From Chiloscyllium plagiosum (taxonomy: Eukaryota): DNA of 64,000 nt. The notes under the pieces were generated by a model. That model made no database searches, was not told the origin of the DNA, and saw only the letters and a program-made list of their open reading frames with translations. The translations under genes and the position numbers were made by a program. How positions within the stretch are numbered: position 1 is the stretch's first letter; every line of letters starts with the position of its first letter. The stretch lies in the NCBI RefSeq assembly GCF_004010195.1, contig NC_057728.1:49089065-49153064 (forward strand). Direction: 5' to 3'. This document shows positions 50,200 to 62,019 of the stretch, in pieces.

Positions 50200-53100
50200 A
50201 AACAATAAAATAGTAGGGAAGGTGATGTGTGTCAGTTGTAGCACATGTGGACTGGAGGAGACAAGTGATCTAAGGCAATCACATCTGCTGAAGGTGCCCA
50301 CAAAAGGAATTTCAGCTCAGAGTCAGGGAGCTGGACTATGGAAGGAATTACCTGGACGCGGCTTTTGGAAGTAGTCACAGGGAAACAAATGAGCAATTAA
50401 GACTCAGCTCTTGAAATTGCCTAACATATTCAAGGTTCTTGCATTTTGTGCAGGACAAGAGCCAAAATTCCAGGAAGGATAAACAACCTGATGAGGGTCA
50501 TGGTCTAGGGAACTATTTAAGTGGAGAGAGTGAAAAGGAATGCAGTTGCAATCGGGCAAAATCAAAATGTATACTGGTGTCTGCAATCTAAAACAAGTCT
50601 TGGAAGGGTGGACTGCCTAACTAATGCCAGGGTTAAGAATATCATCTTCAGGTGGAGGGAAATTGAGAGTGCAAGAGAAAAGATCCAATTACCATGGATT
50701 AGATAGGCAACAATGGCACAAATAGGATGAACAGTTTCTGCTGTGGGAACGAGCAACTTGCAACCATATTGAAATGTAGAACCACAAAGATGATAATGTC
50801 TGAATTATTAACTATGCCACAAGCAAACTGGCATAGAATAAGTATGATCAAAATGAGTTGGTTGCATGAATGAAAAACTGGTTAGGGAGAAATGGGTCGT
50901 GATTCATAGGACACAGGCTCCAGTACTGAATAAACAAAAAGCTGACCATGGGAGGTCTTCAGCTAAACTGCAACAGGACCAGTGTTCAGGGGCTAGTGAA
51001 ATAATCAGGGCTGAAATTGTGTGGACTGGACAGAGAGAGAGATTTGAAAAGTTAGAAAGTTAGGACAAGACAATCAAACAGCATAGTAATAGTAACCAGA
51101 GTGTGACAGGAAGGAACAGGGTATGCAAACATAAGAATGGACCAACAGATTGGTAATCAACTAACAGAAGGGAAAATGATTTAGGGTGGAGGGAGATTCT
51201 AAAGATGAAAGTTGAGGCAAATAAGTGTATCAACAGGAGTAAAGGCAAGCTGAGTGAGACAGGGAGAGAATTTCAAATGTAATAGTTCAGACAGCAAGTC
51301 CATGTACTGAATTGTTTAAAAAAGGTCACGACCTGATTATGCATAGTTGCCATGAGTAGATAGATAAACAAGTAGCAAGAAGAGGCAAGAACAGAAATTA
51401 CTGGAGAAACTCAGCAGGTCTGGCAACATGTGCAAGGGGAAAGCAGAATTAACATTTAAGTCCAGTGATTCTTCATCAGAATGCAGATGCAGATAGACCC
51501 AGAGTTTCTCCAGCAATTTCTGTTTTTGTTGCAAATCAAAAAGGTTGCACAAGGGCCAAAAAGAAAAAAATTCAGCACTCTCAATTTTAGATCATAACGA
51601 CACAAGTGGTATCGATCTAACCTCACTGAAGAGACGTATTTACAAGGTGACCAAGATTGGGAAATAAATATTCCAGTACATAAAATACTTCAAAGTTGGT
51701 CAGATAGAAAAGGAGGCGTAGGAAGGTAGGAAGATATAATGGCATGAGAGGAAATCTTGGCTCAGAAAAATCATGAAGATATAATCAGCATGGGTAGAGA
51801 TCAAGGTCAGCAAAGTTGAAAAAATGCTGGATTATTAGTTAGAGCTTAGCATAGATAATTAAAACAAGGAATTATTGGAGCTTAGTAACAAAGGTAATGT
51901 AATATTTGTTGAGAATGTTAATCTTCATATAAATTGCATTAAACAAATTGGTAGTAATTGTCTTCAAAGAGTTTACAGGACACAATGGCTTTGAGAATTT
52001 CCTGGAAGAACATGCAATGGGCAGGGTTAATTAGAAATTTCATTGGAAAAATTCACTGACAAATAGTGATCATAACGCAAATGAATTTAACATCAAACTT
52101 GAAATCAACATGCTTCAATCTCAAACAAGAATCTTAAACTAAAGAAAGCCAATTACATAAGAGGAAAGCTGGCTATGATTAGTTGCTAAGCAGAATTGCA
52201 AGAGCTTCTGCAGGAATATGAAATGGAGAAGTCATCCAATGGAAACGTTGGTCCTTTTGAAGTAGGAACAGGGGAAATCATGGGGAATGAGAACACAGCA
52301 AAGGCATTGCACAAATAATTCTGCTCCACAGCAGAAGACTCAAGTTGCATATCAGAAAAGGTTGCCCTAGGGCCAAAAAGAAAGATAAAAATTAAAAGTA
52401 ATTAATAATACACAAAAAGCCCTGCAAAATTGCAAGGGACTAAAATCCCCAGAACATGATCAACACACTCAGGTTAACTGATTCACTATGATTTTCCGAA
52501 ACTCCCTGAATCCTGGAATAGACCCAGAAGACTAATAGGTAGTAAAGATAACAGCTTTATTCAAGATTGAGTGTAAAAACAGGAAACGACAGGCCATTTA
52601 GCCTCACATCATTAACTGCGAAGTGTCAGAACCTGTTATTAACGAAATCTTATAGTATGATTAGAACAAGGCAACATTTTTATAAGTTTTTGGAAACGGA
52701 TATCCAGCCAACAAATTTATTAGGAATGTAACTATTACAGTAGATAATGTGGAACCAGTACATGTAGTATACTTGAATTTTGCAGAAGGAACTCAATAAA
52801 GTGCCAAAGATTAATACACAAGTTAAGGATTCATGGAGCAGGGACTGAAAAAGCATGGATTAAGAATTGGTTAACAGACAGGAGGTTGAAAACAAGGACG
52901 AATGGGACATTGGCAGTTCATGATTAGTGGAGTAGAGAAAAAAAAATTCAGTGCCGGGACATCAGGTATTTTTAGTCCATTTTAATAACTCAGATGCAGA
53001 ATAAGGTATCTACGCTTGCTGAGAATACAAAGCTTGGTGGAAATGCAAGTTGTGGAGATTAAGAAATACAGACAGGTCAGATCTGTGGGCATTGAGAATA

Positions 53101-53700
53101 GGAAAGCAGATTTGTTTCTTTTAAAACAATGTGTTAAGAGACTTGGGTGTGACTCTGCATGGAACTTCATAACATAGCATGCACGTACAGCAAGCAATTA
53201 GAAGTATTTTTTCCAAAACCAGCAGCCTCCCAAATGAATATTGCCAGCTTTTATATTTTGCCTGTTTTCAGGCTGCACTTCACCACTCAACACAGCAAAA
53301 CCAATTATTAGTCCAGAGACTCTCTTACCGATGCAGCATCATGCTGAAAAAGCTGGTAGGTTACTTTATTAATTTAAAATGAATTTTAATTCCTATTTGG
53401 CAGCTTATAAAAACACCCAGGTTTGAGATGCTTAAATTGAGACCGCATAGCTTTAGCATATCGATCTTTATTACAAGGGGACTAGAATACAAGAAAAATT
53501 GAGAAACCTTGCTACAGTTGTACAGAAATTTCATCACTCAGTTGTGAAATTTTAGAAGTCGCTACCCTAAAATATTGTGGATACTCACTGAATATATTTA
53601 AGTCAGAAATAGATTTCTGGTCTCAAGGAATCAAGCAATAAGGGGAGCAAGCAGGAAAATGCAGTTGAAGCCTAAGATGGGCCATATGATTTTCTCCTGC
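50200..53700 (+). mobile_element. Ancient, highly degenerate near-full-length CR1-type LINE
   Basis: Collinear remnants of ORF1 Cys motif (~50228), endonuclease (~51600-52100), RT (~52450-53050) and 3' end (~53600-53700). Confidence 0.6.
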
Positions 53701-55216
53701 CCCTATTTATGTCATTCACCCAAAAGCATCAATTTGTAGTGTTACATATGAAATAGAAAGAGTACTGAATTTCAAAATGAACTTTTCAGATAGCATCTGT
53801 GGCCTAGAATGTTTGCTTTCCTCTAGTAAACTATGCTTACATAGTCATCGACAATAATTTCCTGCTCTACTTCATAAATTCTAAGTTGCACGTTATCGTC
53901 TTTTCCCTCTCAAGCCTCTCCTCACCCCAACCATTCTTAACTCTTCACCTGGTAAACAAAATATATTTTCTCTTATCATTCTCTTTGTAAATTTAATAAC
54001 CACATTTGTACTAAACTTCTGTGTCTTCAAATGAGATGCCCCGAGAACTTAGTTTTAATAAAAGCATGCAGATAAATATGGAAAAGCTTATTTAATTGAA
54101 TTTATGGATTTGTCAATGTCTATAAGTGCAGTTTCTATATAAATGCAGAGATTAAAACATAATTGTCTACAGCTTATGGTTGTACTATCAGTTCCAGTCC
54201 TACAAGGGAGGGAGCTGCGCTGAATCTTGTACAGTACTAGGAAACAAGGCAGGCCAAGTGAACAAATTTAGAGTGGGAGAGCACTTGGGAAATAATGATC
54301 ATAAGTTTAAATATTATGCTGGAAAAGGGGGGAAAAAAGTCAGTCGATGATTAAAATCTCAGACTAGAAAAAGGCTGGTTTTAGAGATCAAAAGGTTGAA
54401 CCAGAGCTGGGTGATTGGAAATGCATTTTGGTGGATAAAAGAGTGGATGAAAAATGAGAGTCTTTCGAAAGAGAAGGAATAGGGTGCAAGCTAGTTGAGA
54501 AATAAATGAGTTATCTAAAGATATCTAGTTAAAGACTACCTTTATTTGTAGTTGACTAAAGATATCAATGAGAACATAAGGAAGAAAAAGGAGGCACATG
54601 GTGCATATTGGAATAGCAATAGAAATTCAGAAGGAAAATCACAAATGCAGGAGAGGAGTTACGCCTGGAATAAGGATGTTGAAGGTGAAGCAGGCTGCAT
54701 TAAAATAAACATGAATAGTAAAGGATTAGTGAAGGATAGAATGGGACTAATGAGGAATAAGGAGGGTGAGCTGCTCACTGAAGCAAATTGTATGGCAGAG
54801 GTATTTAATAAATACGGTACTTCTGTCTTTACCAATAAGAAAATGGTGACAATGGCACAGTTGAAAATGTGGGGGTTAAGCAATGAGTAGTATAGTGACA
54901 GATAAACAGAAGGTGCAAAGAAGGCTGGCAGAACTCCAGATCGGGAAGTCGTTTGGTCCAGATGGGATGCACCCTCGATTGCTGAGAGAGCAATTTGCGG
55001 AGCTGTTGACAGACATTTTCCAGGCTGGGGAGTTGGAGGATTGCAAAAATGATGCCATTGTTTACGAAAGGGGTAATGATAAGCAAGACATTACAGGTTT
55101 GTCAACTTGATATTAAGAATGGACAAAACTGATAGAAGCCATAATACAGGATAAGTATACACAGAAAAAAATATGGAAACGTATAGTTTACATAGCTTTG
55201 AGAAGGGCAGTTCACG

Positions 55217-56425
55217 TCATAGAGATGTCCAGCATAGAAACAGACTCTTCGGTCCAACCCGTCCATGCTGACCAGATATCCCAACCCAATCTGTCACCTG
55301 CCAGCACCCAACCCATATCCCTCCAAACCCTTCCTATTTATATATCCATCCAAATGCCTCTTTAATGTTGCAATTGTGCCAGCCTCCACCAGTTCCACGG
55401 GAAGCTCATTCCATACATGTACCACCCTCTGCGTGAAAAAGTTGCCCCTTAGGTCTCTTTTATATATCTTTCCCCTCTCATCCTAAATCTATGCCCTCTA
55501 GTTCTGGACTCCCCGACCCCAGGGAAAAGACTTTGCCTATTTACCCTATCCATGCCCCTCATTATTTTGTAAACCTCCAAGGTCATCCCTCAGCCTCCGA
55601 CGTTCCAGGGAAAAAAGCCCCAGGCTGTTCAGCCTCTCCCTCTAGCTCAAATCCTCCAACCATGGCAAAGCCCTTGTAAATCTCTGAACCCTTTCAAGTT
55701 TCACAATATCTTTCCGATAGGAAGGAGAGCAGAACGGCATGCAATATCCCAACAGTGGCCTAACCAATGTCCTGTACATCCACAACATGACCTCCCAACT
55801 TCTGTACTCAATACTCTGACCAATAAACGAAAGCATACCAAACGCTTTCTTCATTATCCTATCTACCCGCGTCTCCACTTTCAAGGAGCTATGGACCTGC
55901 ACTCCAAGGTCTCTTTGTTCAGCAACACTCCCTAGGACCTTACCATTAGGTGTATAAGTCCTGCTAAGATTTGCTTTCCCAAAATGCAGCACCTCGCATT
56001 TATCGGAATTAAACTCCATCTGCCACTTCTCAGCCCATTGGCCCATCTGGTCCAGACCCTGTTGTAATCTGAGGTAGCCTTCTTTGCTGTTTTTGGTGTC
56101 ATCTGTAAACTTACTAACTGTACCTCTTATGCTCACATCCAAATCATTTATGTAAGTGACAAAAAATTGTGGACCGATCCTTGTGGCACTCCATTGAAGT
56201 TGAAAAGTGTGGAAAAGCGCAGCAGCCCACGCAGCGTCGAGGAGCAGGAGAATCGACGTTTTAGGCATAAGCCCTTCTTCAGGGAAAGGCAAGGACTGAT
56301 TAGGGGTAGTCAACATGGCTTTGTGCATGGCAAATCATGTCTCACAAACTTAATTGAGTTTTTCGAAGTAACAAAGAGGATTGATGAGGGCAGAGTAGTA
56401 GATGTGATCTTTTTGGACTTCAGTT
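55217..56425 (-). mobile_element. Young CR1 LINE with inverted 5' piece and Penelope-repeat filler
   Basis: Minus CR1 3' end and RT at 55217-56193 (ORF 55642..56328); Penelope repeat at ~56195-56283; plus-strand RT piece QHGFVHGKSCLTNLIEFF at 56283-56425. Confidence 0.88.
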
Positions 56426-56845
56426 TATATACAAAGTAAAAGAGTATAAAAGCAAAGAGGTGATGCTACACCTCTATAGATGTTGGGTCACATCACAATT
56501 GAATTATTGTGTTCAGTTGTAGGCACCTTACTTAAGCATGTTAAAGCCTTGGAGAGAGTGCAAAAGGAAATATTAGAATGATGATAGTAATAAGAAATTT
56601 TATATTCAAAAAAAAAGAGAGATTGGGATTATTATCCTCAGCAGAGAAGTTTAAGAGGTGACTTGAGCTGATCAAAATTATGAATAATAAAAAATTTACA
56701 ACAGTATAATCATAAGCTGTAGACAAATTCAGAAAGGGAGAGCATTTGGGAAATAAAGATGCCATATTATGTTGGAAGAGGATTTTAAAAAGTCAGTAAT
56801 TGAAATCCCAGACTAGAAAAAGACAGATTTTCAGGGTCAAGTAGC

Positions 56846-56940
56846 TCCTGAAGAAGGGCTTATGCCCGAAACGTCGATTCTCCTGTTCCTTGGATGCTGC
56901 CGGATCTGCTGCGCTTTTCCAGCAACACATTTTCAGCTCT
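56846..56940 (+). mobile_element. Penelope-derived terminal repeat with intact hammerhead core
   Basis: CTGAAGA-AGGGC-TTAT-GCCC-GAAAC-GTC at 56848-56875. Confidence 0.8.
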
Positions 56941-57116
56941 ATATTTGGATATTTCACAGACTAGAGACAGTTGAAAGTGAGATATGTAGGATTTGGAATG
57001 TACTGCCCAGGGGAAAGGTAGAGTTAGATTTCATCAGAAGTTTCAAAAGAGAGCTCATATATTTGAAAGTTATTAATTTAACGCATTACAGAGATAGGGC
57101 TAGAGAATGGGACTAG

Positions 57117-57327
57117 AGCTGGAAATGTGTTGCTGGAAAAGCGCAGCAGGTCAGGCAGCATCCAGGGAACAGGAGAATCGACGTTTCGGGCATAAGCCCT
57201 TCTTCAGGAATGCTTATGCCCGAAACGTCGATTCTCCTGTTCCCTGGATGCTGCCTGACCTGCTGCGCTTTTCCAGCAACACATTTCCAGCTCTGATCTC
57301 CAGCATCTGCAGACCTCACTTTCTCCT
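57117..57327. mobile_element. Young palindromic Penelope-derived insertion with 16-bp TSD
   Basis: TAGAGAATGGGACTAG at 57101-57116 and 57328-57343; 83-bp perfect inverted arms at 57115-57197 and 57212-57294. Confidence 0.9.
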
Positions 57328-57839
57328 TAGAGAATGGGACTAGTTGGGTAGCTCTTTCAGGAGCCTGTACAGATATGATGGGTTGAAATCACAGTAAATT
57401 TCAATAATTCTACTAGGAATATATTTTGTATAACTTCAGGACACCAAAAACTACCTCAGTAAATTACCTTTTCAAAACAAATGAACTGATTTAACTAAAT
57501 TACGTAAAGAAACAAGTAGAACAGCTTCAGCAACAAATGTGACGACTGATCAATGGCTGCTCGGACAACCTGGACTTGGGAGAGGAGGTGATAATAGGAT
57601 TTACAATTTGCAAACTCAATTTTGGTGATGCTGAAATTGAAGAAAATTTGGAGAATTAATCATTTTGGTAGTGGCATAATTTAAAACTGTACTTTGGCCA
57701 CTTCACATGCAGGTCGTACAACATTAAAGAAGTGTTAAATTTGTCAGACTAGACGTCGAAAACAGATTGACGGAAGACTGCAGCCAAGAGTAGAAAATAA
57801 CAAGACATTCCAGATCATTTAACTCTCCCCCTCCCCCAT

Positions 57840-58790
57840 TTCACTTCAGCGCCATTTCTTCTCCTACTCTAACAATTTGAGATCTTCCCACCTTAATTGC
57901 TCAACCTTGTTTTGAGATAAATGAAGGATTTTAAGTAACATTTGTTGGTAGACGGGACTCCAGGAATGTGCTGGGTAGGGAATACGCAATAAATAGCTGC
58001 TGTTTACTCGCCCGCCTCCCGCTCTCGGGCGCCATGTTGTTATGTTTTGTTCTTCCAAAAAAAAGCAGCGCCTCGCTCGGCAGCGCGGTATCCACCGGTT
58101 ACAAAGAGGACTACCAGAGAAAATACTACCCAACGCGATTTTTAAAATAACCAAGCACCACTGGGGGTGGACCCTCGGCCGGACGAAGAGCGGGGGGGGG
58201 GGGGGGGGCTGAATGGGAGGAGAGAAAGGGAGCTCTCGGCCTAGTTTCTCACTCTTCCCTCCTTCGCTTTTGAGGGAAGCGGGCCCGGGACCTCCATCTC
58301 CGAATGACGATAAGGAGCCCGGTGCCGGCTGCTGGGGGATGGGCGGCCCCAGGAGAAAGGGGTCCTGGGAATCTGTGTTCCCGCTGCACTCCTCTTCCTC
58401 CCTCCTTCCCCGCTCAGTGAACCGAGGCCGACTTCACCGTTCCCTCCTACTCTCCTTCGATTGTGTAGCAGCGAGCGATGGCCACAGTTTTAAAACAACT
58501 GTTGGTTGCGGGGGGGGAGAAGCAATATCTGGCCAGCGGCGGCCTCGCTCCAAGGCTCACCGATACCGATCATTACCTGATTAAACTCTTCGCCGACATC
58601 GGCGTAGATGTCGATGTGATCCACACCGTCGGCCATTTCACCAACTCTCTCTCTCTGTCTCTGCGCCTCGAGCGGCCGTTTGAAGGGTCGCTGCATCACT
58701 TCCGGAAACAGCGCCCTCCTCCTCCCCAGCAGGCCGGCGTCGCAATTACACCCTCAACCCTGCGCACCCTTGACAGCACCGGATAAGCAA
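57840..58790 (-). promoter_or_regulatory. CpG-island promoter and first intron of CPSF6
   Basis: The only extended CpG-dense, GC-rich tract in the window; spans exon 1. ETS motif CCGGAAGT (58698-58705, minus). YY1-like motifs AACATGGCG (58030-58038), AAATGGCG (57850-57857) and AAATGGCC overlapping the start codon. Confidence 0.85.
58577..58636 (-). CDS. CPSF6: CPSF6 (CFIm68) coding exon 1
   Basis: Translates to MADGVDHIDIYADVGEEFNQ, the vertebrate CPSF6 N-terminus; 60 nt; donor CAG|GTAATG at 58576; lies in a CpG island. Confidence 0.98.
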
Positions 58791-58899
58791 GGCCATTCCA
58801 CCATTTTAATTTGGGGGTAACCAAAGTATTTCCATTCTGTGTCAGATTGCACTCCCCTCTTCACCCCCCCCCCCCCCACGTCTGCTTTCTTAACATGCC

Positions 58900-61440
58900 A
58901 AATTACATGTCCTACATGTCCAGTTAACAACTAAATTGAAGAGCATAAACCAATTTAGAGCAAACAGTGTGTTGAATGACAAGATCCTGTCAGAGACAAA
59001 AAAAATCCAGATGCTGGAATCCAAAGTAGACAAGCAGGAGGCTGGAAGAACACAACAAGCCAGGCAGCAACAGGAAATTAAGTCCTCAACATTTTGGGTA
59101 TAACCATAAATCAGGATTCCTGTAGACGGGTTGTATCCAAAATGTCGACTTCTCCACCTCTTGATGCTGCCTGTCTTGCTGCATTTTTCCAGCCTCCTGC
59201 TTGAATGACAAGACCCTAGCAAGTATAGAGGATCAGAGGGACCTTAAAAGAAATAAATATCCGCAGATGCTGGAAATAGGAAGCAAAAACAGAAATACTT
59301 GGGAAAACTAAGCAGGTCTGACAGCATCTGTGGAGTGAAAGCAGTGTTAACCGTTCAGGTCCAGTGACCCATCTTCAGAAGGACCATGGTGTGCATGTCT
59401 GTAGATCCTCGAAAGCAGCAGGACAAGTGGATAAGGTAATTAAGAAAGCACATGGGATACTTGCTGTTACTAGTCAAGTCGTTGAATACAAGAGGAAGGA
59501 GGTGATGATGGAACAAAAACAAAAATTATTGGAGAAACTCAGCAGCATTTGTGGAAAGAAACTAGAGTTAACATTTCAAGTCTGGTGCCTCTTCATTGGA
59601 ACTGCGATACCTAGGATAAAATGATTTTAATCAGGAATGTGGCTGGGAGCCTCGGGGGTGAAGAGATAAATGGGAGGGGAGTGGGACTGGGGAGAAGGTA
59701 ACTGAGCATGCAAAAGATGGATGGAGGTGGGGTAAAGGTGATAGGTTGGAGAGTAGGATGGAGCGGATAGGTGGGAAGGAAGATTGACAGATGGGACAGG
59801 TCATGAGGGTGAGCTGATCTGGAAGGTTGGAACTGGGGTAAGGTGGGGAAGGGAAAATGAGGAAACTGGTGAAGTCCACATTGATGCCCTGGGGTTGAAG
59901 GGTTCCGAGGTGGAGGATAAATCATTCTTCTTCAGGCGTCGGGTGATGAGAGGGTGACGATGGAGGAGGCCCAGGACCTGCATATCCTTGGCAGAGTGGG
60001 AGGGGGAGTTGAAATGTTCAGCCACAGGACGGTGGGATTGGTTGGTGCGGGTGTCCCAGAGAACATCTCTCCACCCCCGAGACACCCAGCCTCATTCCTG
60101 ATGAAGGGCTCTGGCCAAAAACGTCGATTTTCCTGCTCCTCGGATGCTGCCTGACCTGCTCTGCTTTTCCAGCAACACACTCTCAACTCTGATCTCTGGC
60201 ATCTGCAGACCTCACTGTCTCCAAAATGATTTTCATGCTGAAGTTTAAGTGGGGGCACGGGGTTGTGGGAAGGGGAGAGGTGAGTGGCTAGGTGATGACA
60301 GAGCCCAGGGAGTGAGAGATATGAAAGGGATAGGTAAACAAGGACATAATGGATAGCAGGTCAGGACAGAAGAAAAGATGAATTGGAACCAACTGTGGCA
60401 TGGGTCAAAAAAACATGGAAGAACAATACATTCTTTTCTGCTTGGGGACCCTGCAGCATCAATACCCTCAACATCGAGTTTAAAAACTTTAATGTCTGAT
60501 TCCCTCCTTCCATGTTTTCTACCCACCCCACACCCAAACCTATGCTGACATAGGTTGCTTTTCGCACAAAGATATGGTTCTTCATTATCAATTATTCAGC
60601 TTTTCTTCTGTCCAGGCCTGCTGTGCTTGTTTTCCTACCGCATTCACATCTTCCTCTCTCTGGGCTCCGCCGCCACCTATCCACTCACCGCTCACCCCCA
60701 CCCTTCATTTCAGCTTCAGCATAAATACCATGTTTTCCTAGTTACTATCATTTGTAATGAAGAGTCACCAGACTCGAAACTTTAACTCTGCTTTCTTCCC
60801 ACAGATGCCAGATCTGCTGAGTTTCTCCAACACTTTCTGTTTTTGTTTCAGATCTCTAGCATCTGCAGTTCTTTGTTTTATTTTACAGGTTATGATGGAG
60901 CTGTGTGTAACTGTACTGTGTGTAGTTCTGGTCACCGCACTGCAGGAAGGATGTACTTGCATTAGGCAGAGTGCAGAGGTGATTCTGGGCTGGAGCAATT
61001 CAATTATGATGAGAGATTAGATAGGCTGGTATTGTTTTCCTTAGAGCAGAGAAGACTGAGGAGGAACCAGACTGAGGCGTACAAAATTTTGAGGGCTATA
61101 GTTAGGGGAAATAGGGAGAAGCCTTTCCTTTTACTAGAGACTCAATAACTAAGGGGCACAGCATTGAGGGAAGAAGTAGGAGGTTTCGAGAGGATTTATG
61201 AAGTCTTTTAACCAAGAGGTTTTTGGGAGCTAGAACTCATTGCCTCAAAGAGTGGTGGAAGCAAGAACGCGAAAGGCATATGAGAACTATTTAAATGCAC
61301 AATTGAAATGTGATAGCATGCAAGGGTGTGGGCCAAGTGCTGGAAAATAGGATCGGAATATAGAGATGATTGATGATTAGTGTGGTTATGATGGGACACA
61401 GGATCTCTTTCCATGCTGTAAAAACTCTGACTCTATGAAC
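58900..61440 (+). mobile_element. Old CR1-type LINE fragment with several nested Penelope-derived insertions
   Basis: LINE remnants at 58900-58990, 59200-59245, 59380-59510 and 60885-61440; nested repeat 58990-59200 flanked by duplicated TTGAATGACAAGA; Penelope GIY-YIG C-terminus PVAEHFNSPSHS..DMQVLGL on the minus strand at 59801-60085. Confidence 0.7.
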
Positions 61441-62019
61441 CTCCTCCTGTCACTCCTCATCGCACCCTATCAACATAGGGTTGATAGGGTGCTTATCCTT
61501 TCTTCCAGATGTGCTTACCCTGCCTACCTTAAATGTATCTGTCACAGGTTGATTATAGCACAGAGCAGGCCATTGTCATGTTGCACTTTTTGACTTTGCC
61601 ATTTGACTCAATTACTCCTTCAGGTATTGATCTCCATTTTCTTAATAATCTCAGGAAAGTGATTTCTCATGGCTGTATCTATGGTCAAGGCCACTGCAAA
61701 GTGGAATAGCGACTACAGTTATGCAGAAACATGGGCTTGTAGTGCTACAAAACTGCAAAGTGAAGTAATGGCAGCTGCCAAGAACAAATTTTAGTGTCAA
61801 TGGTGAATCACAGTAGTCCCAACATTGTTCCCTCTGAAGCACCACTTCCCAAGCAGCTCTTCTAAACATCCTGTGAAGGGAGACAGAGGCAGAAGTAGAA
61901 ATCTGTTCTTGTGTTTTTGCTGTCAGTTTGCTGTTCAGCCTGTTTGATCTGCAAGGCAATCCAGGTCAGCTGTATGCAAACAGAGGACAGTATTTTCTGG
62001 CTTGATAGCTCAATGTTTA

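Larger units (their letters stand above)
54190..57390 (+). mobile_element. Old CR1-type LINE interrupted by younger insertions
   Basis: KSFGPDGMHPRLLRE motif (ORF 54883..55110); RT C-terminal remnants at 56440-56700; 3' end at ~57000-57390. Confidence 0.7.

Noticed and set aside
55642..56328. Longest ORF in the window (228 aa)
   Set aside because: Chance fusion of Penelope repeat and CR1 RT fragment; no functional gene.
58213..58786. Plus-strand ORFs (102-123 aa) in the CpG island
   Set aside because: Expected from high GC content; antisense to exon 1 with no recognisable protein features.
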